NCBI GenBank assembly: GCA_963836185.1
Contig: CAWIIQ010000001.1
Coordinates: 2,208,001-2,272,000 of the forward strand
DNA: 64,000 bases
From: Candidatus Krumholzibacteriia bacterium
Lineage (GTDB): Bacteria; Krumholzibacteriota; Krumholzibacteriia; Krumholzibacteriales; Krumholzibacteriaceae
Direction of reading: 5' to 3'
Each line of letters begins with the position of its first letter. Positions within the stretch are counted from its first letter, which is position 1. The translations under genes were made by a program, and so were the position numbers. The notes beneath the pieces were generated by a model that searched no databases, was not told the origin of the DNA, and worked only from the letters and a program-made list of their open reading frames with translations. Positions 50,909-62,129 of the stretch are shown one piece after another.

Positions 50909-50924
50909 TAACCTGTCTCCAGAA

Positions 50925-50965
50925 AGCGAGGAGCCGGCGACCATTAAGGCTGCCGGCTCCTCGCT
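50925..50965 (-). terminator. Intrinsic terminator after PDZ gene
   Basis: agcgaggagccggc / gccggctcctcgct 14-bp stem. Confidence 0.72.
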
Positions 50966-50986
50966 ACGCTGGAATTTGCCCTGTCC

Positions 50987-52070
50987 TCAATCGTTTTTAT
51001 CTATCTCTTCAAGCTTCTTCTGAAGCTTCTCCATCTCCTTCTCGAGAGCCTCGAGCTTGGCCTCGACCTTCTCCTGCTCCATGCTCTGGATCTTGTACTT
51101 CTTGATCATGGGCTCTTTCATCATCTTGAGATGCTTCATCTCCTCCATCTGCGGCCCCTTGATGAAGAATTCCTTGTGCATCGCGAAATCGTCATCGAGT
51201 TCGATATCGAACGTCTTGGTCTTGCCGTTCCGCATCACCGTGACTGCCACGTTCATGTCGATCGTGACGTCTACCTCGGCCTCGTCATCATCCTCTTCCA
51301 CCTCGACATGCACCTCGTTGATCGCCTCGAAGACATCGTCGATCTCCTCTATCTCCTCATCGCCGATCTTCACGATCACGTCGCCTGCCTTGATACCGGC
51401 CTCCTCGGCCGGAGAATCCTCGAAGACCTTCAGGACGAGCACTCCTTCACCCTCCTTGACCTTGAAGTAGGGAGCGAGGTCCTCGTCGAGCTCATGAAGC
51501 TGCACGCCCATCCTGCCGCGGCCGCCGTAGACCGAGAAAGCGTTTCCCGTCGAGGTGACCCATACGTTCCCACCCTTGCCGAGGGTGTTGTAATGCATGT
51601 TTTTCGACATATCATCGTAATCATCTATATCTATCGTCACGTATGCTGTCTTCTTCTCCCCGAGTGCGAGATCGAAACTCTTCTTCCTGCCGTCTCGGTA
51701 GACGACGACCTTGACCTCATCGCCCGGCTCCTTCGATCCGATGAGCTTGCCCAGTTCCTTTCGAATCCTTTACCTTTTCGCCGGCTATCGAATAGATGAC
51801 GTCATGCTTCTCCAGCCCTGCCTCCTCAGCGGGACTGTCATCGACGATTCCGGTGACAAGGACCCCCGTCGATTTGGGGTAATCGAATTTTTTGATCATT
51901 TCCTTGTCGAGATCTTCCATGTAGATACCGAGAAATGCTCCCTTTTCCTCGATCTTTTTAATGTTCTTGTCCTCGATCACGATCGTCTTCTGCTCCGCGA
52001 AAGCGAAGGCCGTCAACGAAAGTGAGACCGCCACGAAAATTGCCAGTGAAAGTATCGCTAATTTCCTCAT
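50987..52070 (-). CDS. Exported tandem-PDZ protein with C-terminal coiled coil (frameshift near 51760)
   Basis: Signal peptide; GAFLGI...SPAEEAGL and MGV...SPAEEAGIKAGDVI; removing one A at 51759-51761 joins the two ORFs. Confidence 0.82.
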
Positions 52071-52174
52071 CTCCGCCGGCCGCTTTTCCTGGCGACCGAT
52101 CACCTCCTCAGGGGCACAATGGAAAGGGCAGTGACTCTCTTCTCCCCCATATATCCCGGAGCCGGTAAAAAGTT

Positions 52175-53384
52175 TCAGGTTTTTATGGATATTTTCAGGA
52201 TGAAGGCTGCCCGTTCCGGTTCGATCAGCTCTTCGTAGACAGAGACGGTCCGGCTTCCCCATATCTCAAGGTCGAAGTACTCCATCGCCCTGACCCTGGC
52301 GCATCTTCCCAGCTCAGCGCGCAGGGCTGGATCAGCGGCAAGCCGTTCCATGACACCGGTGAGCCCCCCGAGGTCTCCGGATTCGAACATGCTCCCGCAA
52401 TCGCCCAGCAGCTCCGGCATCCCGCCGACCCTGCTGGCTGCACAGGCGAGGCCGCAGGACATCGCTTCGAGCATCGCCATAGGGATCCCTTCCGTCAGGG
52501 ACGGGAGCACGAAAAGGTCGAGCAGCGGAAGATACTCCTCGGGTCTGTCGCTGTGCCCCGGAAGCGAGACGGCCGTCCCGATCTGAAGGTTCGAGACAAG
52601 TCCCTCGAGCTCTTCTCTCGACTGTCCCTCACCGACTATGATCAACCTCGCGGTATCGACTCCCGAGGATACGAGGGAAGCAAAGGCCTTCAGCAGCAGG
52701 GGAAAGTTCTTTACAGGTTTGAGTCCGCTGACCGATCCGATAAGACAGGCTATCCTCACCGCCCCCGGCAGGGAAATGCTCATCGAACATCCGGTTCCTC
52801 TCACTCTTCCTCAGCGCGGGATCGAGCGGCCGGAACCTCGATGTATCGACGCCATTCGGTATGACTACGACCGAATCAGGGGAAGCGCCGATCTTCAGCG
52901 CCTCCTCCGCGGCTCCTGAGCTGACAGCGATCACACGCCTGCGTCCATCTGCCCGCGAACGCCGCAGCGATCCTTCTCGGATCCATTGAACTCGAGGCCG
53001 GAACTGTGCCTCGTGACGACAAGCGGCAGGCCTGAAGCCGACGATGCGAAGGCGGCGACGATCTCGGCATGATACATATGGGCATGAATGATATCCGGGG
53101 CAGCGGCAGTCACGATCTCCCGTATCCTTTTCCTTACTGCCGGACGCGCGATATCGCGGAGTGACCCTATCCTCAGCTCATCGATCGAGACACCCAGCTC
53201 TTCAAATCGGCCCCTCAGTCCCACCGTCCATATCGAGGGTACAGACCGACACGCGGATCCCCTGTCCGGTGAGGTACCGGCACAGGTTGAGAAGATGCAG
53301 CTCGGCGCCGCCAGTGTGGAGTGAAGTAACGAAGAACAGGATATTGCGGGGTATCATATCGGAATCGTCACGTGATCCGTTCAT
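52175..53384 (-). pseudogene. Glycosyltransferase family 4, fragmented over several frames (likely sequencing indels)
   Basis: TGGAE, DIIHAH, IAVS, IPNGVD, K.F, EGIPMAMLEAM occur in order in ORFs 53202..53423, 52931..53224, 52629..52934 and 52175..52804. Confidence 0.78.
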
Positions 53385-53419
53385 ACTTCTCGACCGGATC
53401 GGAGGTCTTCTTTCTTCCC

Positions 53420-54610
53420 TCAATTACCTTCAGTACCGGCTCGACAAAGGAATTCTCCTCGACATATCCTCGTCGTCTCGGCCTTTTCCCACGAAGAGAG
53501 CCGCCCGCCCGAAAGATATTTGAATATGGCCGCCATGGCCGCGGCATTTACCATCACGAAATAGAAAGGCACGAAGAAAATCTTCGTCCTGACCCTTCCC
53601 CTTCTCAGGATGGCGCCGATCGCAGCGAAGATGTAGAAGAGATTCTGCAGCGCGAAGAAGACCGCGAAGAAAGGCTCGCGGACAAGAAAGAGGCTGGCAA
53701 TGTAGACTACTGGAAGCGCCGCGCCGACACACCATCTGAGCAGCTTCCTCGAAACGAACTGGAACGATCGAAGCTTCCCTCCGAAATTGTGCCGCAGGTG
53801 GCTGTACCCGGTCAGTCCCCTTACGACGATCCGGCGCTTGCGGCTGAATTCCTCTCTGAAGAAATAGGTAGAGCGCTCGAAGGCGACGGCATCAGGTTCG
53901 TAGACAACGCCGTACCCCTGAGAGGCTACCTCGGCGGGTATCTGGAAATCGTTGGCGACATCCTTCAGGACGGGCCTGAACAGTTCCCTGCGGATCGCAA
54001 ATATCGTCCCGGTCGCGACAAGTACCGAGCCGAGCCTGCTCTCGAGCCTGTTGAGCAGCCCCTCGTAACGCCAGTAGAGGCTCTCGCCCTTGCCGACGTA
54101 AGATTCGTTATCGAGGTATACCAGCCTTCCTACTACGCATCCTGTCTCCTCGACATCGAAATTCCTGACGAGCTTGAGCAGTGCGTCTTCCTTGTAGAAG
54201 GCATTGGCGTCCGAGAATACCAGCACATCTTCCTCGATGCCGAGCACGGTCTTCGTCAGGGTCGCGCTCTTTCCCTCGCGCCGCGCGAAAGCCTTCAGGA
54301 CCACACCGCTGCTCTCGTATTCACCGACGATATCGTTCGTCCCGTCCTCCGAACCATCGCTCGAAACTATGATCTTGAGCCGGTCCCTGGGATAATCGAG
54401 TTTAAGGCAGTTTTCGATCTTCTCCCGGATTATCCTCTCCTCGTTATGAGCGGAGACGATCAGCGCGATCGTAGGCAGCTGATCTCCTCCACTGCCGCGG
54501 CGGCGCGGCGCGAAGATACCCAGGAACGCCAGGATCAGGGGGTATCCGGCGTAGATATACGCTGTGAGCGCAATGATGGTAAAGACTAGAATCTTCAGGA
54601 AAGTATCCAT
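53420..54610 (-). CDS. Glycosyltransferase family 2 (IcaA/cellulose synthase-like, membrane)
   Basis: SAHNEE, SDGSED, SDAN, YWRYE, RKRRI, WEKA. Confidence 0.9.
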   Translation of the reverse strand: MDTFLKILVFTIIALTAYIYAGYPLILAFLGIFAPRRRGSGGDQLPTIALIVSAHNEERIIREKIENCLKLDYPRDRLKIIVSSDGSEDGTNDIVGEYESSGVVLKAFARREGKSATLTKTVLGIEEDVLVFSDANAFYKEDALLKLVRNFDVEETGCVVGRLVYLDNESYVGKGESLYWRYEGLLNRLESRLGSVLVATGTIFAIRRELFRPVLKDVANDFQIPAEVASQGYGVVYEPDAVAFERSTYFFREEFSRKRRIVVRGLTGYSHLRHNFGGKLRSFQFVSRKLLRWCVGAALPVVYIASLFLVREPFFAVFFALQNLFYIFAAIGAILRRGRVRTKIFFVPFYFVMVNAAAMAAIFKYLSGGRLSSWEKAETTRICRGEFLCRAGTEGN

Positions 54611-54821
54611 TTCCCCGTTTCCCCCGTATAAGCGAAGTCATGTATTGATAACACACAACGGAAAATCTTCAAGGATAAAACCTTCCGCATATAAAAAAAC
54701 GCGTTACCCGTTTTTCCGTACTTCGGGCCGCGCTCGACGGATGACAATACGGAAAAACAATAACGCTTGCTCTATATGACTCCTTTTTCATTACTCAATA
54801 TACACTTTACGAGTCCCCGTG

Positions 54822-56818
54822 TCAATGACCAGCGGCTCTGTACCTCGTTACTCCGCCGTATCTTGTTCCTATCCACACAGTGCCCGATGGATCCTCTTCG
54901 ATCGCCAGCACATGGTCATCACCGAGACCGCTCGCGCTGTCGACATGAAGCCATCTGCCGTCTTTCAGGACATATGCCCCTCCGCCTTCGGTCCCGAGCC
55001 AGATACTTCCGTCGGTCGGTCCCTCTCAGCGCCGTCGGACGCGGGCCCTGCCTGCGCAGCGGAAGATCGATGAGCCTCCAGCCCGCCTCGGAAAGGAAGA
55101 ATATTCCTTCCTCAGTGCAGAACATGCACCTTCCCGAGCCGTCGAGCCCGATGACGGGAGCGAAGGCTCCACCCGTCCCTCCCCCCGTGAGGGCAGTATC
55201 CTGACCGAGGGATCCTCCAGAAAGATCGAGTCGGCAGGCATGACGATCGGTCCCTTCCCCGGATCCGTTCCCGCTATATCCAGTCTCTCCCAGTTCACAC
55301 CCGTGAACCCCGCGACCCTGCCTGACTGTGTCGAGACCCATACCTTCCCTGAGCGGTCGGCAGCTATCGAAGATATCCTCTCGTCCGGCAGTCCGTGCTT
55401 TCGCCTGTAATGGACCCAGCCCTCCGAAGTCGAGCCGAAGCACTCCGCTGTCGAAAGTGCCGAACCACAACTCGCCGTCGTTCCCCGCGGCGGCACAGGT
55501 AAAGTGCTCCGTCGGCAGCCCCTGCCGGCGGTCGAATACCTCCCATGAGTTCCCGTTATGATGCAGTATACCGAACCTCGTGGAGAGCCACATCCTGCCC
55601 CCCTGTTCAGGCACCAGGCCGGTCACCGCCCCTTCGAACCACTTTCCGGGCAGACCGACCGGCGTGAATCCGCCGTCGAACCTGTATACAGCCCTGCTTC
55701 CAGACATGAGGACCGTCCTGCCCGACCTTACTATCAGTCCGATCATCATATCGGGACCGCTCCCCGGCAGGACCCGTTCCCTGTACGAATCGCGCGCGAC
55801 AGAGGCTATCATCCCTCTCGAGGTACCGAGGTATGTGTTCCCCTCAAGATCGTGCCCGACGGAGAGATAATCACGCTCTCCAAGGGGGATGCCGGGAAGC
55901 CGGAGCGGCGTCCACCCGGACCCGTCCCACGTGCTGAGCCCGAAACGTCCCGCGGCCCAGACCTTTGCCTCGGCATCAAGTCCGAACTTGTAGATGTCCC
56001 TGTCGGGAAGACCCTGTCCGGGACCGTACCTGTTTACCCTGCCGAGGCTGTATTTCGCGACTCCCTGCCTCGCTACGGAGACGAACAGATCCCCTTCCTC
56101 AGCAAGTATGATATCGCGCACTCTCCCTACGGGGATCCTGCTGCCGTATCTCATCGGGGTCCAGCTGAAACTGTCCGCCCTGCAGACCCCGCTGTCCGTT
56201 CCGATCCATATCGTGTAATCACTCTGCTCGACAACGCATGTCACCCTGTCATCGAGAAGAGAGTCGGCGCGCGAAAGTATGGTCAGAGTGTCGCCGACGA
56301 CATACCCGCAGCCATGCCCCCATGTGGAGATCCAGACCTTCCCCTCGCCATGTCTCAAATCGGTGATCCGGGAGAAGAAAGGATGCTCGCTGCGCGGTAT
56401 ACCTGTCCCAGCCCCAGTCGTGCCTTATGCTGAGCCCGGCATCTCCACCGACCCATATCTCCCCGCCTTCACCTGCGGCAAGGCTCGACACCGAGGAAAG
56501 GCGCGATCCTCTCTCTGCCAGAACGGTGTCCGATCCGGGAACCCATATGAACAGGCCGCCATCTGTACCGACCCATACGGAATCGCCAGCAGCGAGGATC
56601 GCTCTCACGCCGCCGGCCGGCACAAGGACCTCGAAACGGCCGGCCGGTCTTTCGACCTTCCTGTGGACCAGCCCGCCCATGGATATCTTCACACCGGAAT
56701 CGAGCCACCCCTGTTTTTCCTCTATCTCAGACTCAGCCGCCGGCAGGACCGCGGAAAGCAGCACCGGCAGGGCAGCCAGGAAAAGGACCGGCATGACCGT
56801 CTTTGATAACTTTCTCAT
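54822..56818 (-). pseudogene. Exported beta-propeller (two-component regulator propeller-like) protein, fragmented by several indels
   Basis: Repeated [IVL]W[IVF]GT..G and GL.D..V motifs across frames; final segment GSIWLGTEGGG...TVWIGTRYGGV ends at TGA 54822-54824. Confidence 0.72.
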
Positions 56819-56851
56819 GGTGAGAGACTTTATTACAGCGAGAGGCGCAAA

Positions 56852-58246
56852 TCAAGAAGATACGTCACCGGACTGTGCGGGCAGGGGATCGGCGAGAATT
56901 TTCTCGATAAACGCTGTCAGATCGGCGCCTGTCTCGGCTAGAATGGCATCACAAAGCTCCCTGGCCCCTATATCCCTGCCTCCGGAATCCTCCGTGTAGA
57001 GCCTTCTGATAACATCTATCAGACCGATCCGGCCGTCTGTGAGCGAAAGGATCCTCTCGTCGACCGCGCGGGCTGCCAGGTACCCTCCATCGTAGAGAAG
57101 ATTGACCATCTCCCGGTCTGAGAGGTCGTTGTTGCCCGCCATCGAAAGAGGGATCGAACCGCGCAGCGTATTCTCGAGGTACCTGCCGGTTATCGCCGAC
57201 TCAGCCGCTTCGTACTGAAGAGTGTTTATGATGCCGGCATTCAGGACTACCTTGTATGAAAAATAGACAGTCGCTCCCTCGGTGAACCACATGAATGAAT
57301 CATCGGCCGGCCTCAGGATCTCCCCGTTCCAGTTGTGGAAGAATTCGTGGGCGATGATCGACATCGGGGCCCCGTACAGTTCGCTCCTGTCGATTCCGGG
57401 ATCGAGCAGAAGGAGAACGGTCCCACCGAAATGTATCCCGTAATAGTTGAATCCCTTTCCGCCTTTGACGGGATTGTAGTCGCAGATAACGAGGTGCCTG
57501 TCCCTCGGCGATGACCCGAGCATGGCGATCTCTTCTGACACGATGCTGCGAACCGTCTCGAGGAGCTCGCCGTCACCGAAGTCCCACTGTCCGCCTACGG
57601 CGAGGTTGAGCCTGATGCCGGAAACGGACGTCTCCAGGAACCGGTACCCTCCCGCCGCGACGAGCGTCATCGGCAGATCTGACACCGACGGCACTATCAT
57701 CCTGCTGCCGGTCGTTTCCCATGGCGCCCCTATCCTCGAGGAGCCGTGGATACCGATATCGACGAGTATGCCTCCCGCCACCTGATGTTCCGGCTGGACG
57801 AAGAGATCCCTCCCCATCAGCCGCGACCTGTCCTGACCGAGATGGCTCAGCATCCCTCTCACCTCGGGCGTATAACTGTCCTCTATCGTCATGACCAGGT
57901 CGTACCGCAGGGTAAAGTCGCCGTTCCCGCACCTGATTTCCCATCTGTCCGGGCCTGCCTCGATCTCGAGCGGAAGGCCGTCAGCACTGAAGGCCTCGAT
58001 CCCGATAGGCTCGAGCCTTCCTCCCACGTCATTCTCGAGGGCGGAGAAAGCGAATTTTCTGCCGGTCCGGCCGAAAACCTTTCCCTCCACGGTGATGACA
58101 TTCAGTGCCGGGTCTTTCATGCAGACCGACCACTGGATGATCGGATCGGGAGCCGCGGAGTATGGCAGGGTAAGGGACACCATGACGAGACTCGATGCAA
58201 ACAAACCAGTTGCGACGATCCTGGATATACTTTTATACAGTTCCAT
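56852..58246 (-). CDS. M61-like (glycyl aminopeptidase-type) metallopeptidase
   Basis: AHEFFHNWNG, WFTEGATVY, YDGG. Confidence 0.82.
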   Translation of the reverse strand: MELYKSISRIVATGLFASSLVMVSLTLPYSAAPDPIIQWSVCMKDPALNVITVEGKVFGRTGRKFAFSALENDVGGRLEPIGIEAFSADGLPLEIEAGPDRWEIRCGNGDFTLRYDLVMTIEDSYTPEVRGMLSHLGQDRSRLMGRDLFVQPEHQVAGGILVDIGIHGSSRIGAPWETTGSRMIVPSVSDLPMTLVAAGGYRFLETSVSGIRLNLAVGGQWDFGDGELLETVRSIVSEEIAMLGSSPRDRHLVICDYNPVKGGKGFNYYGIHFGGTVLLLLDPGIDRSELYGAPMSIIAHEFFHNWNGEILRPADDSFMWFTEGATVYFSYKVVLNAGIINTLQYEAAESAITGRYLENTLRGSIPLSMAGNNDLSDREMVNLLYDGGYLAARAVDERILSLTDGRIGLIDVIRRLYTEDSGGRDIGARELCDAILAETGADLTAFIEKILADPLPAQSGDVSS

Positions 58247-58389
58247 CTATCAGAGGCCTCCAACGGACAGTCCTGCGGCGGGACCGTTCGGCGGCAGTCG
58301 GCTTGACCAGGTCATTTTATGCCCATGCTGATTGCAAGGTACATTCCAGCTTCTTGACCATCCCGGAGCCTGTAACGTATTCTTCCCGC

Positions 58390-59178
58390 ATGAACGGGTT
58401 TATTGACAAGGCGGCCTCGGTCCTTGCCCGCTCGAAAAGAGCGGCCGCGCTCACCGGCGCGGGCATTTCGAAAGAGAGCGGGATCCCTACATTCAGGGAT
58501 GCCGATGGAGTATGGGGGAAATACAGGCCGGAGGACCTCGCCACACTCGAGGGATTCCTCTCCGACCCCGGCCTCGTCTGGCGGTGGTACATGGAGAGGC
58601 TCTTCTCCGCGCGGACGAATAGACCCAACCCCGGTCACTACGCCCTTGCACGCCTGGAAAAGATCCTGCCCCGCTTCGTCCTGGTGACCCAGAACATAGA
58701 TGACCTGCACAGAAAAGCCGGAAGCTCGGACCTGGTCGAACTCCATGGAAACATTGAAGCATTCAGATGCCTCGATGCCGGTCACCCTGCGGAGTACGAT
58801 CCGGATTGGGGAGATGAACCACCGCTCTGCCACTGCGGATCGCTCATCAGGCCCGGCGTGGTCTGGTTCGGAGAGCCGCTTCCGGAGAAAGATATCGAGA
58901 GGGGTTTCCGTGAATCGGAAAGATGCGACGTGATGCTTGTCGCCGGGACATCCGGCCTCGTGACGCCGGCCTCTCTTCTTCCCCTCGCAGCGAAAGACGC
59001 GGGCGCCGTGGTAATCGAGGTGAACACCGAACGCACAGCGTTCACTCCCCTGGCGGATATTTTCCTGAAAGGCCGCAGCGGCGAAATGCTTCCCAGCCTC
59101 GTCTCGAGAACGGAGGATATGATCGGGGAGACCGGCGGCACGCGGCCATCAGACCCCGAGACGCCTGCGGATCTCTGA
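58390..59178 (+). CDS. cobB: NAD-dependent protein deacylase (sirtuin)
   Basis: TGAGISKESGIPTFR, TQNIDDLH, ELHG, RPGVVWFGE, GTS. Confidence 0.94.
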   Translation: MNGFIDKAASVLARSKRAAALTGAGISKESGIPTFRDADGVWGKYRPEDLATLEGFLSDPGLVWRWYMERLFSARTNRPNPGHYALARLEKILPRFVLVTQNIDDLHRKAGSSDLVELHGNIEAFRCLDAGHPAEYDPDWGDEPPLCHCGSLIRPGVVWFGEPLPEKDIERGFRESERCDVMLVAGTSGLVTPASLLPLAAKDAGAVVIEVNTERTAFTPLADIFLKGRSGEMLPSLVSRTEDMIGETGGTRPSDPETPADL

Positions 59179-60327
59179 GATGTCGCTGCCGACCTGATCG
59201 ACAACGCTTTTTAACGCTTCGTCCTCTTCCCCCGACCTCTCCTTCATGGTGATCCAGGCCCACCACGCGAGTATCAGGGACATCCAGATTCCACCAACGG
59301 CGAATGATACGAGTATAAAGGCCCAGCGCGGGATGCCGGCCCGCTTTTCAGGCACTCCCGGCGGATCGACGACCTGAACGGACGAAGTGGTCCTGGCAAG
59401 GTCGATCCCGCTTTCTTCGTGCTTCTGCAGCAGGAAGGAATAGACCCTCTCGTTGACTTCTATTTCCCTTTTAAGCGCGGCATATTCCTGGTGGAGGGCG
59501 GGAATCTTTTCGAAGGGAAGAAATACCGTTATAACGGTATCGCCCTTGACGATCATTCCCAGCTGCTTGTTTATATTCTGTAGTTCGAGTCTTTTCTTGC
59601 CCAGCTCTATCGCGTCATCCCTGGAGAACTCTCGCATTATGTCGATCTGGATAGATATGATCGCTGCCTGGACCTTGAGGGCGCTGGCCACATCTATCGC
59701 GCCGCGGATCTGCTCATCGAAACTTACTATCCCATGCTCTTCCTGGAACGCAGCGATCCGGGCCCTCGATTTCGCGAGACGGAGCCTGTACTCCTCTATC
59801 TGCTTCCTGGTGAATACCAGCGTACCCTCCGCCCTCTCCCTGAGAAGGCTGTGGTTGATCGAATCGAGGCTGGAAATATGGTGAAGGGCGATCTTCATCG
59901 CCATCTCGGGATTCCTGTCACGGGCCTTGAGAGTGATTATCCCCACGTTGGATGTTCCGGTCGAGATCGATCCCCGGAGCCTCCTGACGGCATCATCCAT
60001 CGAGCCGACACCGTACCACTCTATCAATCCGAGGTCGGTGACCACCTTCTCCGCGATCCCCCTGCCGCTGAGGATATCGACCATCACCGCGGCCGACATC
60101 GAGCCGCCGCTCAACGGAGAGATCATCGAAGGAAGGTTCATCGAAGCCATCCAGGCGGTGAGGAGCCCCTCCCCTCCTTCCTCGACGGGCGGCATGAGCA
60201 GTGCCCGGGATTCATACGCCGGGTCAGCGACAAGGATGTACAGCGATCCCGCGACAGCAAAGACAACGGCGGCGGCAAGTATCATCCGCCTTCTCTTTAT
60301 CAGATAGTCCAACAGCCTGAATCCCAT
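59149..60327 (-). CDS. Wzz/GNVR-domain polysaccharide chain-length determinant
   Basis: N- and C-terminal TM helices, periplasmic coiled coil, QVVDPPGVPEK. Confidence 0.82.
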   Translation of the reverse strand: MGFRLLDYLIKRRRMILAAAVVFAVAGSLYILVADPAYESRALLMPPVEEGGEGLLTAWMASMNLPSMISPLSGGSMSAAVMVDILSGRGIAEKVVTDLGLIEWYGVGSMDDAVRRLRGSISTGTSNVGIITLKARDRNPEMAMKIALHHISSLDSINHSLLRERAEGTLVFTRKQIEEYRLRLAKSRARIAAFQEEHGIVSFDEQIRGAIDVASALKVQAAIISIQIDIMREFSRDDAIELGKKRLELQNINKQLGMIVKGDTVITVFLPFEKIPALHQEYAALKREIEVNERVYSFLLQKHEESGIDLARTTSSVQVVDPPGVPEKRAGIPRWAFILVSFAVGGIWMSLILAWWAWITMKERSGEEDEALKSVVDQVGSDISEIRRRLGV

Positions 60328-60355
60328 CGGGACACCTTTCGCATGGCGGGACCGG

Positions 60356-60703
60356 TCACCCGCTGAAAAGTTCCTCCATCCTGGCGGCGGCACGCCTCAG
60401 ATGCGGGATAACGATCGAGCCGCCGACGATCAGGGCCACGTTAAAAGCCTCGTAGAACTGCTCCTTCGTGACACCCTCTTCGAAACATCTGGCAATATGA
60501 TAGTTTACGCAGTCATCGCACCTCAGCACCATCGAAGACGCCAGCCCCATCAGTTCCTTGGTCATCGCGTCGAGGGCACCGTCGGCGTACGCCTGAGTGT
60601 CGAGAGCGAAGAATCTCTTTATCCCCATATGGTCTGATGAAAGGACGGTCTCGTTGAGCCGGTCCCTTTCCACGTCGAACTCTTTTCTCCAGTCTCCTGA
60701 CAT
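60356..60703 (-). CDS. Carboxymuconolactone decarboxylase (AhpD-like) family protein
   Basis: GALD..TKELMGL...LRCDDCVNYH...GGSIVIPHLR. Confidence 0.9.
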   Translation of the reverse strand: MSGDWRKEFDVERDRLNETVLSSDHMGIKRFFALDTQAYADGALDAMTKELMGLASSMVLRCDDCVNYHIARCFEEGVTKEQFYEAFNVALIVGGSIVIPHLRRAAARMEELFSG

Positions 60704-60731
60704 CTTCGACGACCTCCATCCGACCCGGCGA

Positions 60732-61958
60732 TCAGACCGGGAGGAGCCTCATGTATTTCTTCTTCCCTGCCCTGAGAAGCACGAATCCCTCTTCGATATC
60801 TCCTGCTGTGATCTTCTCGTCGAACTCCTCGATCCGCCGGCCGTTGACGTACGCGCCTCCCTGCTGGATGAGGCGCCTCGCTTCCCCGCGTGATCTTACC
60901 AGTCCGGCATCGGAAAAGAGAACGAAAACAGGCACTCCCTCCTCCAGCTTTGCCTTTTCGAATTCGACCGTCGGAACCGCGTCTCCAGCGGGCGCTCCCC
61001 CTTCGGAGAAAAGGGCCTTCGATGCCTCTCGGGCCTCGGCGGCCGCTTCATCCCCGTGCAGGATGGCGGTGCACTCCCGGGCGAGGACCTCCTTGGCCTC
61101 CCGTATTTCCGCTCCCTCGAGAGATGAGAGCCGCCGCACCTCGTCCATCGGAAGAAAGGTGAACAGCGCGAGGAACTTTCCTACATCCCTGTCATCAGTA
61201 TTGATCCAGTACTGATAGTAATCGTACGGGGAGGTGCGCTGAGGATCGAGCCACACTGCGCCCTTCTCCGTCTTGCCCATCTTGCTTCCCGACGCGGTGG
61301 TCAGGAGAGGGAAGGTAAGCGCCTCCGCGTCCCCTCCTTCTACCCTTCGTATAAGGTCGGTGCCGGCGAGGATGTTTCCCCACTGGTCGTTCCCGCCCAT
61401 CTGCAGCGTGCAGTCTTTATCCCTGAAGAGGTGCAGGAAATCGTACGCCTGCAGGAGCATGTAGTTGAATTCTATGAAATTCAGGCCGGTTTCGAGTCTC
61501 ATCCGGTAACTCTCGGCGGCAAGCATCTTGTTCACGCTGAAGTGCCGCCCGATATCACGCAGGAATTCGATGAAGTTCAGCGGCATGAGCCATTCGGCGT
61601 TGTTGAGCATAAGCGCCCTGCCGCCGGAAAAATCGAGGAAGTGAGATAGCTGCTTCTTCAGCCCCTCGGCGTTCGCTTCGATCCTTTCAGGCGTCATCAG
61701 CTGCCTCAGCTCGGTCTTTCCGCTCGGATCGCCTATCATCGCGGTACCGCCGCCGACGAGCGCGATGACGCGGTGCCCCGCCCGCTGCATGTGGGCAAGC
61801 GCCATTATCGGCACCAGGCTGCCGCAGTGGAAACTGTCCGATGTCGGATCGAAACCGATGTAACAGGTGAGCGGGCTTTCCAGCATCTCCTTCACCCTGC
61901 CGGTGTCAGAGCACTGCTCGATCAGTCCCCTCTCCTCGAAAATATCGTATACGTTCAT
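60732..61958 (-). CDS. tyrS: Tyrosine--tRNA ligase
   Basis: YIGFDPT, HCGS, GDPSGK, LQAYDF, GGNDQWGN, KMGKT, S4-like tail. Confidence 0.97.
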   Translation of the reverse strand: MNVYDIFEERGLIEQCSDTGRVKEMLESPLTCYIGFDPTSDSFHCGSLVPIMALAHMQRAGHRVIALVGGGTAMIGDPSGKTELRQLMTPERIEANAEGLKKQLSHFLDFSGGRALMLNNAEWLMPLNFIEFLRDIGRHFSVNKMLAAESYRMRLETGLNFIEFNYMLLQAYDFLHLFRDKDCTLQMGGNDQWGNILAGTDLIRRVEGGDAEALTFPLLTTASGSKMGKTEKGAVWLDPQRTSPYDYYQYWINTDDRDVGKFLALFTFLPMDEVRRLSSLEGAEIREAKEVLARECTAILHGDEAAAEAREASKALFSEGGAPAGDAVPTVEFEKAKLEEGVPVFVLFSDAGLVRSRGEARRLIQQGGAYVNGRRIEEFDEKITAGDIEEGFVLLRAGKKKYMRLLPV

Positions 61959-62129
61959 CCTCTGTTCTCCGTTAAAGTCTTTCATCGGACCGCGTCGCAG
62001 AATGATAACACGGCAAAGAGAGGTCCGACACTGGTTTTTTGCCGAATAGGTCTTGAACTGACCGACCTCTTCAATATACTGGCGGGAAACAGTCGTATTG
62101 AAAAGATGATTCAATGAAAGGAACGACCG

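Noticed and set aside
61790-61860. TyrS HCGS instead of HIGH
   Set aside because: HxGS/HxGH variation is common in TyrRS and all other motifs are intact
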